64,000 bases of DNA, from assembly GCA_036172245.1 (NCBI GenBank), contig JAYWIR010000033.1, forward strand, positions 620,001 through 684,000, given 5' to 3'. Positions within the stretch are counted from its first letter, which is position 1. The number at the start of each line of letters is the position of its first letter. Origin of the DNA: Raillietiella orientalis. Taxonomy: Eukaryota. Positions 34,601 to 45,020 of the stretch are shown here, piece by piece. A model generated the notes under the pieces. That model made no database searches. It was given only the letters and a program-made list of their open reading frames with translations, and was not told where the DNA came from. A program made the position numbers and the translations under genes.

Positions 34601-36826
34601 GATAGAGAACGGAAGCCCGATTTGGCACTGAAGAGGGTTCTGAAGTGTTTAATGATATGGTCAGGGTCCGCCGTGCATACGGTCGGGTTAGCGTCCATGA
34701 TTTGGCGAATTTCTCGTCGTCTGTTCCGACCATGAAGTTTCTGGAGGGCACCCGGTGACGTCAAACTGCCTGCTGTTCAGGCATGGTACTGTGAAGGGTC
34801 GAAGGTGTAGATGATGCTGGATAGCGGTGTACGCTGTGGAGAACGATCGCATGGCCTAGACCCAGTTGTCTACATTAGGGGTTCTTGACGAGAGCGTTTC
34901 AAGTGTTTGAGTGTCCTCGCGGAGTATCACACGCGGCTCTGCTGGTATCGGTGCAGGTTGACGTCGTTCAGCCCGGTGATGGAGAAGAGCCAGTGGTGTC
35001 TGGCCGGCTATGTTGCCGGGTGAGTCCCCGCCCTCCTGCTCGCTCTCATCATCTAGTAGGGAGAAGCGGTTGCGAATCGCTCGAGTTGGTTGGTCGGCGT
35101 TCCGGAATGGTGCTTGGCACTCTGGACGACGTTCGACACTAGGGAGGCAGTGTGTGCCCAGAGGTGGGGGAGGCAGTCTCGGTTTTTTTCGACGGTAGTG
35201 GACTATTCCCACTGCTGATCCGGAGGGGTTTCAGGGAATGGTAGCGGAGTTTCCACCTTCCGGGTGACCGGGGGGAGTGCCGTCTCTCTGGGTTCAGTTG
35301 TCGCCGAGATCATCAAGGTAGGCCGTTCGCATGTTGTGGATTACATTGTACGCCTGTTCCTGGTGACGCCAGGAACTTGGCGAGCACTCGAACGGGCAAT
35401 CGCAGCGTGCAATCGCGTGTGGTTGGCAAGCGCCTTCCGGTTAAAGGTTTGGCCACAGTTCGGTTCTGGGGATCGGAGTGGTGTTGTTCTCGGGCCACAC
35501 CTGTGATGCCAGACCGGTATCCAAAGCAGCTGGTTGCAGCGCCGGCGAAAGTGGGTGGCACGTACCAGGATACGATGAGCGGTCTGTTTGTGCCGTCGTA
35601 GTGACCCCAACGGTCGCTTGGGTTCCATCCCGAAGGTGGCCGACCTGCATCTCGTCAATGGGCATTCAATTTTCCTAGCCGCGGGATGGTCAACGATGAG
35701 GATGTTCTCCATCGTGAGTAACGAAATTGGCGTGTCGAGGCTCTCCGGCGGTGGTGGCTCAAGTCTTAGTGGTAGAACTTGTGATTGATTCCCTGGAACA
35801 TTGATACGGATCGGACGCCTGCTGTTTGATCGCACTCTGTTGGGTGCCGCATCTGGGCATCGTGGTTCATGCCGCTGACTCGCGTGTGTCGGCACGGAGT
35901 TGCCGCTCACCTAACACGTGTTGTTCCCGTATCAGGTGAGGGATTGGCCGGAGCGCTGTGTATGTATTCTCACATATGGGCACGTTTCTTCTGAGACGCT
36001 GGAATCGAGGTTATGGCTTATGGGCTTGCGTTGCCTGCATCGAGACTCAACCGCACGCACATAAGCCGGGTGAAGCGGTGGGGGAGGAGGAGGCGAGCGT
36101 GTAACGTTCACAAGCACTGATTCCCTTGGTGACAGTTGTTGCAGGAGGTCCATACCAGTTTGTGAGTGAGAGACCACTGTCATGTCGAGCGCCTCGATCC
36201 AAGAGAATGTCTATCTTCTCTGAGAAAGGAGTGGGAGGAATGGTTCACCAGTTGTGGTTGACCAAATTGGTCGATATCAGCAGCAGGTAGTGGTATAAAT
36301 AATACCATTGGTTGGTATTGAGCTGCGATATCAGTGTTCGTAGAGCGGGGAGTGGCTGCCCCAAGGAGCGTGGGAGAGTGCACGGGCGTTGCTTTCTGGC
36401 TGGTATTGTTCAGAGGCAAGTCCTCGTCAAGCAGCGATATGGCTGTAGGTGGAGATTGTGGCAGTCGCATTGCATCCACCTGTACAAGAGGTCTTCTAGC
36501 TCTCGATCGTGGCGTGCTTTGACAGCCTGGTAGCGGTGTGCCAAACCAGTTGGATTTGCGCTGGGTTGTGTCGGCAGAACTGGACGAGGAATCTAAAAAG
36601 TCGTGTTTCCACATCCCACGATTTTGATAGGACCGTCGAGGTCCCACAGTCCTCGTGCGCTTCGTTTGCCGCACCCAAAGCACTGTCCATGTTCTGGTGT
36701 TTGCAATCGTAGTGCACCTTACGAAGGGAAAAACGACCAAAGGATGCATTGCACTTTGGGCACTGCTACTTAAGGGCGAGAAGCATTTATGGGAGCAGCA
36801 CGGGAGGATTGGTACACCGATTGTGC
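31620..36826 (-). mobile_element. Copy E: 5'-truncated degenerate member of the same RLE family
   Basis: Zinc finger (35341..35910), RT (33489..33998, 32850..33467), RLE (31740..32003); 3' UTR similar to copy C, ending in AATAAA; no clear 28S flank. Confidence 0.88.
34025..34402 (+). mobile_element. 5'-truncated Tx1-like 3' end inserted in copy E with 14-bp target-site duplication
   Basis: CGCCGGCGGGAAAG at 34011-34024 and 34403-34416; insert resembles the ORF2 end and 3' UTR at 52430-52770; AATAAA 34373 plus terminal hairpin. Confidence 0.9.
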
Positions 36827-36889
36827 TTCACCACTACACACGAGCGAGTCAGGAGCTTGTGAGGAACACGTCCGACCGTCGGCACTTCT

Positions 36890-38250
36890 TTTACACCCGG
36901 GTGCGCCGGGGCATTTATTTGGTAATGAAAACAAACAAGCAGGTGTAAGGCTATTGCTCCTACAGCGCTGAAAAAATGTTCTTATGAAAGCCCTCAACTC
37001 GCCGTGTAGCCAGCACGCAGACCGACGTGTTCGACTCGGCAGCGGAGAGGAAAGGACAAACGAAAACAAAAAGAAAACACTATTTACAAAAGCAGCGAGG
37101 AGTTGGGGAAGGGATCACGTTCCGCTGACGTCGTCCTCTACATCCTTTCGAGGATGCCGGCAAGTTCAGTCCGCATACGTTTCAGATGGTAACTTCCGGC
37201 TGCCGTACTCAGGAAGCGCAGGTCAGAGGAGATGATGTCCCTGTCGTTCGGTCCACTAGTGGCAGTGCTTCATGCCGCCACAATCCCTCGTCGGCAGCAG
37301 AGGGCTGCAAGGGCAGCGGCAGGCGAAAGGGCGTCGCGCACAAAGAGGCGCTTCAAAACGTCTCTGGGTTTGATCGTGGGTGCTCCTAGGGCCGTTCCGA
37401 AACGCAAACATAGGAACCGGAGGGCAACACAGTCAAGAAGTAGGTGCGGGAGAGTTTCCCGTTCCCCGCATCTGTCACAATTTGGGTCCACAGCCCTCTT
37501 TCGTCCAGTAAGAACGGCGGTCGTTGCTGGGGAGTCCCCAGTGCAACACCAGGAATGCCGACACCTGCCACTTCAGGGAAAGGGCCTGGGAAGTCTTCAG
37601 CACCGGGGGCCACTCGAGAGCATCGTTAAGGATGCTCAGCAGCTCCCCCAGGGCAATAGTCCCTTCAATGGGACTCTTGGGGTTGCAGCGCCTGTCAACT
37701 GGCCCGTGGTCCAACCACCTTGCTCTCTCTTCCAGAGATACTGCACCTGACCTCTTATTTCGCCAGCTGGCTGCTGCTTAGGTGGTCCTTGAGGTGAAAC
37801 AGACGTGGCAAGGGAGGTCCTCAAAGCTTACGCACCCAAAGTGAGCTGCACGTTGATTTCCTGCAGCGAGTAACCCTTGTGATAGGAGTGCAGCATTAGC
37901 TGCCGTAACTCCGGGCTCGATAGAACTGCCTCGATGTTCACGCCGCATCAGCGCAGAAAGCCTCAGCACCAGGGGGATGAGTTCCGCCGCGAAGCACTCG
38001 AAGAACTCCTCAGGCAGAACATCCTCACCTGGCGCCTTGCGCTTCTTGAAACCCGCTATGGCGGAAGAAACTTCTTCCGCTGTGCAGGGCAAGTCAAGAG
38101 TGGCGCTTTCCTGATCGTCGACCGCAGGGGAATCCGCCGGCAGAAGCAGCCCCGAGAGACTGCGTTCCGTCGGCTCGCTAGCATACAAGGAGAATTAGAA
38201 GCGCCTCCGGAGGCGGCGAACGGCGGACGCAATTGTTGCGCGCTCCTTGG
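36890..38250 (-). mobile_element. Internally deleted Tx1-like element (RT start, C-terminal CCHC, 3' UTR)
   Basis: KAPGEDVLPEEFF (37778..38188), CDRCGERETLPHLLLDC (37270..37491), AATAAA plus hairpin at 36894-36919. Confidence 0.88.
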
Positions 38251-38254
38251 ATAG

Positions 38255-39442
38255 GGAGTTTTTCTTTTCTGGTGTTCCGTGTGTGTTTCGCGGCCGTTGA
38301 CAGGCAGAAATGCCTGTGAACGCCGCAGTTTCAGGTGAGGGAGGCGCGAAGACCGCGTCTCCCAAGCCAAAGGAGGTGGGATCACGCCCCACCACTTCTT
38401 CAGAACCCGCCACTACGGCGAGGGCCTGGAGCGCGGTGGAGCGGCGGAAACGCCCGATGTCGCCGCCGAAATCCAATCCTACATCCAGAAGGGCTACAAT
38501 CCGGCCCTCCTGTACAAGGTAGGCAATTTATATTCCCCGATAAGGGCGCGAAAGTTCGGCAATGCCATCAAAAAGATGGGCATTGCCGACCATGAAATTC
38601 TTTGCCTCTCTATACGGAGCGGAGGGCAGTTGGCGGAGCTCATCTGCAAGGATGCAGCTCTTACCCACAAGATGCTCTGCACGCCCGTACAATTTGAGGG
38701 CAGGAATTTACTCCCACACACGGTGGACCACTCCATTGTGGTCCACCTAACAGGGACAACAGTGCGGTTGGATGAGAACGCCATCCGCGCTGAACTGGAA
38801 AAATTCGCTTACGTTTTCGCGATGTGGAGGAAGCCCAACACCTTTGGAGTGAACGGTGCATTCAGTGGGCGAGTAGGCGCGCGCGTGAAGCTTCGAGAAA
38901 GCGTACAGCTTCCCCACAAGCTCCAAATCGGCGACGAGTTCGTCGACAGTTCGTTTGTGGGGAAACCTAAATTCTGCGGCAATTGTAAGACGTTCGGGCA
39001 TTTGAAAAAGCGGTGCCCGGACGCAGTTTGCCCAACGTGCGGCGCGAAGGGCCACACCAAAGTGGTGTGCCCGATGAACGTCGCTCCAACGCCGGAACTT
39101 CCGCAAAAGAAGGAAGGGAAGGCAAAAATAGTGATAAACCCCACAAAAGGGGATCAGCCGTCGGCTTCGACAAAAGTCCCGCAGCAGGAAAGGGACTCGG
39201 TACAGGAGCTCCCGGAAAAGACTGCCGACAAGGAAGGCTGGCAGCTGGTCACCCGTAAAGTTAAAATCGTTAAAAAAACCGCGCCCGCACCGGCGAAAGT
39301 GGTGAAGGGCAAGGGGAAGGTCCGGCCACGTCCAACAACCAAAGCGTGCAGCGTGGCCATCAAACGCGTGCCGGCGATCGATACTCGCTCCGCTGAAGGA
39401 TCGATGCGATGTGACGTCACGCCAGCTGTTCAACCCGCCGCC
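38255..39442 (+). mobile_element. Tx1-like element 0, 5' part of ORF1 (interrupted)
   Basis: ATG 38310, frameshift, ORF 38576..39445 with CGNCKTFGHLKKRC and CPTCGAKGHTKVVC; ends at TSD CAACCCGCCGCC (39431-39442). Confidence 0.88.
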
Positions 39443-39533
39443 TGAGAGGGTGGACGTACTTTTGTGGTGCTCCGCGTTTTTCTCGCGAGTGTTTTCGGTG
39501 TTTTCAGCTGTGAGCGGTTGTTCCTGGGCAGAG

Positions 39534-41204
39534 ATGCCCGAGGACGCCGCAAAGACGGCGGAGGGGGGCGAGCGAGCCTCGTCCTCCCAGCCCATGGATG
39601 TGGGGGCCATCTCCCCCACGGAATCGTCCCCCGCCCCGGCGAGGGCTTGGAGCGCGGTGGTGGCGGCGCCTGCGCCGCCCCCCGCAGAGGAACAGCGGGC
39701 CTATATGGCCGACGGCTACAACCCGGCCCTACTTTACCAGGTAGGTGGCCTGTACTCCCCCGCGGTGTTACGATCGTTCGCCGCGGAGTTTAAAAAGTTG
39801 AAAGTCCCGGAGGACGAAGTCCTCGGGCTTTCGGTTAGGAGTGGCGGGCAGCTGGTTGAGCTGAACTGCAAAACTGCAGGGATGGCTCAGCAGCTGCTCC
39901 GCCTGCCGGTGACCGTGAACGGGAGAAGGATCTTCCCGTTCACGGCGGACAACTCCATCGTGGTGCATTTGACCGGCATAACGATGCGCATGGCAAAGAG
40001 CGCCGTGCGAGAATCGTTAGAGAAGTTCGGGACCGTTCACGCGTTGTGGGCAAAACCAAATGTCCTGGGTTACACCAGGGCATTTAGTGGTTACGCCGCT
40101 GCGCGCGTGACGGTACGTGCCGAGGGTGGGCTACCCCACAGACTGCAGGTCGGGGAGGAGGAGATCGACCTGTGGTATGTGGGGAAACCCGTATACTGCG
40201 GCTTTTGCCAGGTGTCGGGGCACCTGAAGAAGAGATGCCCCAACATCGTGTGCTTGGGCTGCGGCGCAAAGGGGCACATCAGGCGGATGTGCCCCAACAG
40301 AAAAAGGTCAGTTCCTACAGGCGCGAGGAAAGCAGACACGCCGAAGGAACAGGACCGAAGCCACGAAATGGCAGAAACCCACCCTGCAGACCAACCCGCT
40401 GCTCAGCCATCCACCAGCGAACAACCAGCTGGAGAAAGCGCCGAGAACGAGGAAGGTTGGCAGAACGTGGAGAAGAGGAAAAAGGCCCCGAAGAAGGAGG
40501 TCAAACGAATCACCAAGGCGGCACCGCTGAAGAAGAAGCAGGTGATCCGCGCTTGTTCGGTAAAAATCGAACGCGTGTCGGTCATAAAAACCGCCGAAAA
40601 AATAGCGGTAAAACCGATCGATACCGTCGAATCCGCGCCGATCGCGCCCGCAGTGACGTCACCATCAGATGGTGACAATGCCGCTCCGGCATTGCCAGCG
40701 AAGGACGTCTGCGCGCCGATCGATGAAGCCGCTTCCATTGCGCCTGCGCCGTGTGTCGGTGCGGAAAGCGAGGAGGTGGCGCGAATCGAAGACGCGACCT
40801 TCGAGCAGGCCGCGGAAGAGCTGGCAGCCATGTTCAGGCGGCCTGCCAAGGTCGAAAAGAAGGCCTTGAGACGACCGGCGACGGCGAAGGGCCCGGAATC
40901 TTCCGGGTCCGACGCTGAAGCCGGTTGCTCTACTTCCGCAGCCGTGCCGAAGAGGAAAGCTGGCAAGAAGGCCGGATGCCCGAGACGTGTCGCCTCCTCC
41001 CAAGTGGAGGAGCCCATGTCATCGGGCACGGAGGAGGAGGCAATGTGCGTCGCGTCACGCGAGCCTTCTCCGATCCGTGTCTCGGAAGCCAGCGCAATGG
41101 AGGTCGCTGCTGTCGACGTGCTCCCGGGTGAGCAGCCGACCGTCGTCACGGCCGCCAACGAGCCGCCTCCCGAAAGGGAGGAGGCCGCCTCCACCCCACC
41201 ATAA
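39534..41204 (+). CDS. ORF1 nucleic-acid-binding protein (probable RRM-type region, two CCHC knuckles, disordered tail)
   Basis: First ATG in the 39411..41204 frame (MPEDAAK); CGFCQVSGHLKKRC, CLGCGAKGHIRRMC. Confidence 0.88.
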   Translation: MPEDAAKTAEGGERASSSQPMDVGAISPTESSPAPARAWSAVVAAPAPPPAEEQRAYMADGYNPALLYQVGGLYSPAVLRSFAAEFKKLKVPEDEVLGLSVRSGGQLVELNCKTAGMAQQLLRLPVTVNGRRIFPFTADNSIVVHLTGITMRMAKSAVRESLEKFGTVHALWAKPNVLGYTRAFSGYAAARVTVRAEGGLPHRLQVGEEEIDLWYVGKPVYCGFCQVSGHLKKRCPNIVCLGCGAKGHIRRMCPNRKRSVPTGARKADTPKEQDRSHEMAETHPADQPAAQPSTSEQPAGESAENEEGWQNVEKRKKAPKKEVKRITKAAPLKKKQVIRACSVKIERVSVIKTAEKIAVKPIDTVESAPIAPAVTSPSDGDNAAPALPAKDVCAPIDEAASIAPAPCVGAESEEVARIEDATFEQAAEELAAMFRRPAKVEKKALRRPATAKGPESSGSDAEAGCSTSAAVPKRKAGKKAGCPRRVASSQVEEPMSSGTEEEAMCVASREPSPIRVSEASAMEVAAVDVLPGEQPTVVTAANEPPPEREEAASTPP

Positions 41205-41212
41205 ATACACCA

Positions 41213-44200
41213 ATGCGTGGGCTCGCCTCCTGCCGCCGCTTGCGCATCACCTGTTGGAAAGTCAACGGGTTGCGCGACGACGGAAAGAGGCGAGATGTAG
41301 CCGCCATACTGCGAGACTTCGACCTGGTGCTCCTGCAAGAGACGCACGATCTCCGACCGGGAGATGTCCAGGAAATCGAAAGAATCGCGGGAGGGCGGCT
41401 ACTGTGGAGGAACGGAACGGACAACTCCTGCGGAGTGGCCTTTCTGCTAAAGCCAACCGTCGACAACTCACTGCGCAGTGCACGGTTCGACGGGGATGGT
41501 CGAGTTGGGCAGCTTGTATTCAAGTGGTCCGACTCGATCGACCTCGTAGTCACGAACCTGTACGCTCCGGTGAGCAGCCACAGGGCCGAGGAACGCACTG
41601 CGTTCTTCGAAACCTTGCGGCGAGACTGGTTGGCCGAAGCAGGCGTGCGAAGGGCGCACCTCATTGCGGGCGATTTCAATCTCCGCCTGCTGGCAGGTGC
41701 GCCCAGCGGACGAGCACAGCTGGTCAACGAGTTGTGCGCAGCCATGCATGCGCGCAACTTGTTTTCCGGCGATGCCGGGAGAGATCGGAACATCGACCAC
41801 ATGTTCCTCGACAACCACCTGTGCACGCGGGTGGGAACTCGAGGAACGCTCCCGGCAGAGCTGTCCGACCATCCACGGCTCGTGCTCGAGTTACATCCTC
41901 GCAATAAGGGCCCTCCCCTGAAAACATGGCGCCTGCCAGGGGATTGGTTGCGCCTCGCAGGAGCGGCGGAACATCTACGCTGTTTCCTGCGAGGATTCCA
42001 GCTTCAGACGCTCGCGGACTGGGACGAAATGAAGTGCTCAGTCCGTGAGTTTTGCGACCAGTTTCCCCTGGAACGTCTTCCGCCGGGCTTCGGTGAGGGT
42101 GTCCGGAACGAGCGGGCGTACCTACAGGCGCGCCGTTATTCCCGGCGTCCCGACGTCCGTCGCCTGGCGGAATTCAAGGCTGAGGCGGAGAGGCAGGCCT
42201 GGCAGTCAGGCTCGGCCTGCCTGCTGGATCATCAGGGCCAAGAACGCTCCAGCCCAGCCCAGGTAAGCCGCATCGTGCGGGAGTTTTATTCCTCCTTGTA
42301 CGCGCCACTGACACCTGAGCGCCATTTCGCGCAGCGCCTGCTGCCGGATGGCGCTCCCGCGCTCAAGGAGGAGGACCGTTCCAGATTGGCGGAACCGTTC
42401 ACGATGGCGGAGATCATCTCCGCCATCAACAGGCTCAAGAGAAGGAAGGCACCAGGGGAGGACGGCCTGCCCGCGGAGTTTTACCATCGCTTCGCGCCAG
42501 AGCTGGCCTCCCTGGTGCTCAGGTTAAGTGCGCTGATCCGCGAACACGGCGAAGTTCCCGCCTCGTTCCGGTCAGCTAAAGTACGTCTCCTGCAGAAGTC
42601 AGGAGACTTACGCAACATTGGCAACTGGCGTCCCATCACAGTAGTGAATGCGGACGCAAAGTTGTATGCCAAGTTGTGGGCTGAGCGTTTGGGGCGGGTG
42701 GCCGCTTCCGTGGTGAGTCCCGAGCAGACCTATGCGGTTCCCGGACGAACCATGGAGGCCAACCTGCTCCTCGCCAGCTCATGGTGGCAGTTGCGACAAC
42801 GCGTTGCACAGGACGGTCAAGGGAGCCTCGCGCCCCCCTCTGACCAAGAAGATCGGGCAGAGGGTGGGATGGACTCGGCGGGAGCCTTTGCCGTCGCGGT
42901 CGATTTGCACAAAGCATTCGACTGCGTCGACCAGGATCTCCTTCTGGAGCTCCTGGAACGCATGGGTTTCCCAGCCGTGCTCCAGTCCTACCTGCGCTCC
43001 TGCTGGCGCAACGCGTCTATGAATATTTGTTTCAGCGGCCGGCACCTGTACGGCGTGCCAGTGCGCCGCGGCATACGGCAGGGTGACAGCCTGAGCCCCT
43101 TGCTCTTCAGCATCTACTTTGAGTTGGTGCTTAGGGCATACAGGGTAACTCTGGCAGCCCTGCCGAGCTCGTGTGCCGGCACGCCTGCCGTGTCGGCCTA
43201 TGCAGACGATCTTCTGCTGCTGCTTCCCGGGGCCACTCCGGCGAGTGCGCTCGAGGATTTCTTCGAGTTGCTGCGCCGCGGGACGGGCCTGGAGGTGAAC
43301 AGGGCGAAGTCGTCCATGGTCTTCGTCGGTTCGGCGTGGGCTGGACGGTCGGATTGGATCCGCTTGGGGATCCCCACGGACAGGTGCTTCAAGTACCTAG
43401 GCGTTCCGATGGGGGAATTCTGCGCAGCAGAAGCCTGGTCCGACCGTCTCCAAAAGGCAGCGTTGGCGACCGGTCCGTTCCAAGAAAGCAAGCTTTACTT
43501 GCAGGAACGGGCCGCGGTGGGGAACGCGTTTGCGGCCCCCCTTCTTCGCCCCCTACTTTTTGTGTGCCCCGCCCCTTACTTCATCCGTAAACGAGCAGCG
43601 GGCCTCCTGAGGACAGTCCTTTGGGGCAAAGGGAGGTCCCGTGTGAGGCTCAAAGACTTGTGCGCTCCACGTAAGGACGGAGGACTTGGCGTTCTTACGC
43701 TGGAGCGCATTGAACTACAACTCCGGTTCAGGACTCTCGCCCTTGCGGCGGAATTGTGGGACACGCCTTGGTGCGTTCCAGCACGCCTCCTGGCCCAACG
43801 AGCCTGCGGATTCGACGGACTTTTGTCGTTTCTGCTGGCACGCGACCGCAGAGAAGCACACGGCTGCTTAATCCTGCGTCGCATGGAAGTTGCGGTACGG
43901 GAGAACGCCTGGATCTCCTGCCGCCCAGGGAACTACTCTGCATGGCTGCACGAGTCAGTGTCCACCTGGGTAAAGATCCACGTTTCGGCGGGCACAAGAA
44001 ACACTTGCCTGCAAAGGCACGCCCGCTGGAAACTGCAGGAGATCGTGCAGTCCCACGAAAAGCGCATGTGGGCTTTGATTACCCCCCTTGCCCCAGTGCT
44101 GCCCTTCCTCATCGACGCCAGGGACAGTAGCGAGCTTGGGAAATGGAACGTGTCCTGCACTATTGGAGGCAGGACACAAACGATTATGGCGTGGACATCT

Positions 44201-44770
44201 CGGCAGCTAGCGGACGCTGCGACACCGAGAGTCCCGCCTAACGGAATTCGACGCTGGGGCGAGCTACTCGGACTATCTCCGGAGGAGATGAAGTGGCCTT
44301 CGGCGTCCTGGAACAGTGGATCCCTCCCCCTGAAATGGCAGGATGTGGCGTTGCTTGTGGTCCTCTGGGGACTTCCATTCAAAGCACGCCTTCATCACAC
44401 AACCCGGGGGGCTGTGGATCCTTATTGTGACCGGTGCGGGGAAAAAGAGACCTTCCCCCACCTTCTCATCGAGTGCAGTGCCATCCGCCCTTTATGGGAT
44501 CGCCTTACGGCGATCCTGGACTTGCGCGGATGCGGCCCTAAGGACGTTTTTAGGCTCCTCTTCCGTAGTGACGACTTGTCCCCCCCCTCTTCTGTAGCAG
44601 TCCTCTGCTGCATTCGAGGGATCGTGGCGGCTTGGAACGCCACCAGAAGAAGACGTCAGCCAACTGGCAACGCCTTACGGTTCACCCGCCTATTCGTCCG
44701 AGACGTCTGCAAGTGGCGCCACTTGGGCGCAGAGAGGACTCAGCTTGTACGGATCCTAAATAGGATCTAG
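41213..44770 (+). CDS. ORF2 APE endonuclease - reverse transcriptase - CCHC (L1/Tx1 clade), 1185 aa
   Basis: LLQETH, IAGDFN, IDH, SDH; APGEDGLPAEFY, WRPITVVNADAK, DLHKAFD, GIRQGDSLSPLLF, AYADD; CDRCGEKETFPHLLIEC. Confidence 0.96.
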   Translation: MRGLASCRRLRITCWKVNGLRDDGKRRDVAAILRDFDLVLLQETHDLRPGDVQEIERIAGGRLLWRNGTDNSCGVAFLLKPTVDNSLRSARFDGDGRVGQLVFKWSDSIDLVVTNLYAPVSSHRAEERTAFFETLRRDWLAEAGVRRAHLIAGDFNLRLLAGAPSGRAQLVNELCAAMHARNLFSGDAGRDRNIDHMFLDNHLCTRVGTRGTLPAELSDHPRLVLELHPRNKGPPLKTWRLPGDWLRLAGAAEHLRCFLRGFQLQTLADWDEMKCSVREFCDQFPLERLPPGFGEGVRNERAYLQARRYSRRPDVRRLAEFKAEAERQAWQSGSACLLDHQGQERSSPAQVSRIVREFYSSLYAPLTPERHFAQRLLPDGAPALKEEDRSRLAEPFTMAEIISAINRLKRRKAPGEDGLPAEFYHRFAPELASLVLRLSALIREHGEVPASFRSAKVRLLQKSGDLRNIGNWRPITVVNADAKLYAKLWAERLGRVAASVVSPEQTYAVPGRTMEANLLLASSWWQLRQRVAQDGQGSLAPPSDQEDRAEGGMDSAGAFAVAVDLHKAFDCVDQDLLLELLERMGFPAVLQSYLRSCWRNASMNICFSGRHLYGVPVRRGIRQGDSLSPLLFSIYFELVLRAYRVTLAALPSSCAGTPAVSAYADDLLLLLPGATPASALEDFFELLRRGTGLEVNRAKSSMVFVGSAWAGRSDWIRLGIPTDRCFKYLGVPMGEFCAAEAWSDRLQKAALATGPFQESKLYLQERAAVGNAFAAPLLRPLLFVCPAPYFIRKRAAGLLRTVLWGKGRSRVRLKDLCAPRKDGGLGVLTLERIELQLRFRTLALAAELWDTPWCVPARLLAQRACGFDGLLSFLLARDRREAHGCLILRRMEVAVRENAWISCRPGNYSAWLHESVSTWVKIHVSAGTRNTCLQRHARWKLQEIVQSHEKRMWALITPLAPVLPFLIDARDSSELGKWNVSCTIGGRTQTIMAWTSRQLADAATPRVPPNGIRRWGELLGLSPEEMKWPSASWNSGSLPLKWQDVALLVVLWGLPFKARLHHTTRGAVDPYCDRCGEKETFPHLLIECSAIRPLWDRLTAILDLRGCGPKDVFRLLFRSDDLSPPSSVAVLCCIRGIVAAWNATRRRRQPTGNALRFTRLFVRDVCKWRHLGAERTQLVRILNRI

Positions 44771-45020
44771 AGGACCTATCCGCCCGCACGGTGATCCCCT
44801 CCCTGCCCTCCCATTCCCGAAACATTTGCTCCCTTCCATACTTCAACTATTTGTTTGTTTTTTGTTTTGTTCTTTCCCAACCCCCGCGGATCGGATGGAC
44901 CTCTACGGCATAGCGCCCGTAAATACCAAGCTGTTTTGTAGTGGTGGACGTTTGGTTTCACCACGCGACAATCCATTGTGATTTTATTCTTTTGAATAAA
45001 TGCCCCGGCATATCCGGGTG

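Larger units (their letters stand above)
39443..45020 (+). mobile_element. Tx1-like element 1, near full length, both ORFs open
   Basis: Short 5' UTR, ORF1, 8-nt spacer, ORF2, 3' UTR with AATAAA (44995) and terminal hairpin. Confidence 0.95.

Noticed and set aside
37790..37935. Unassigned ~140-bp insert in the deleted Tx1-like element (similar case at 1140-1350)
   Set aside because: Too short to identify by eye.
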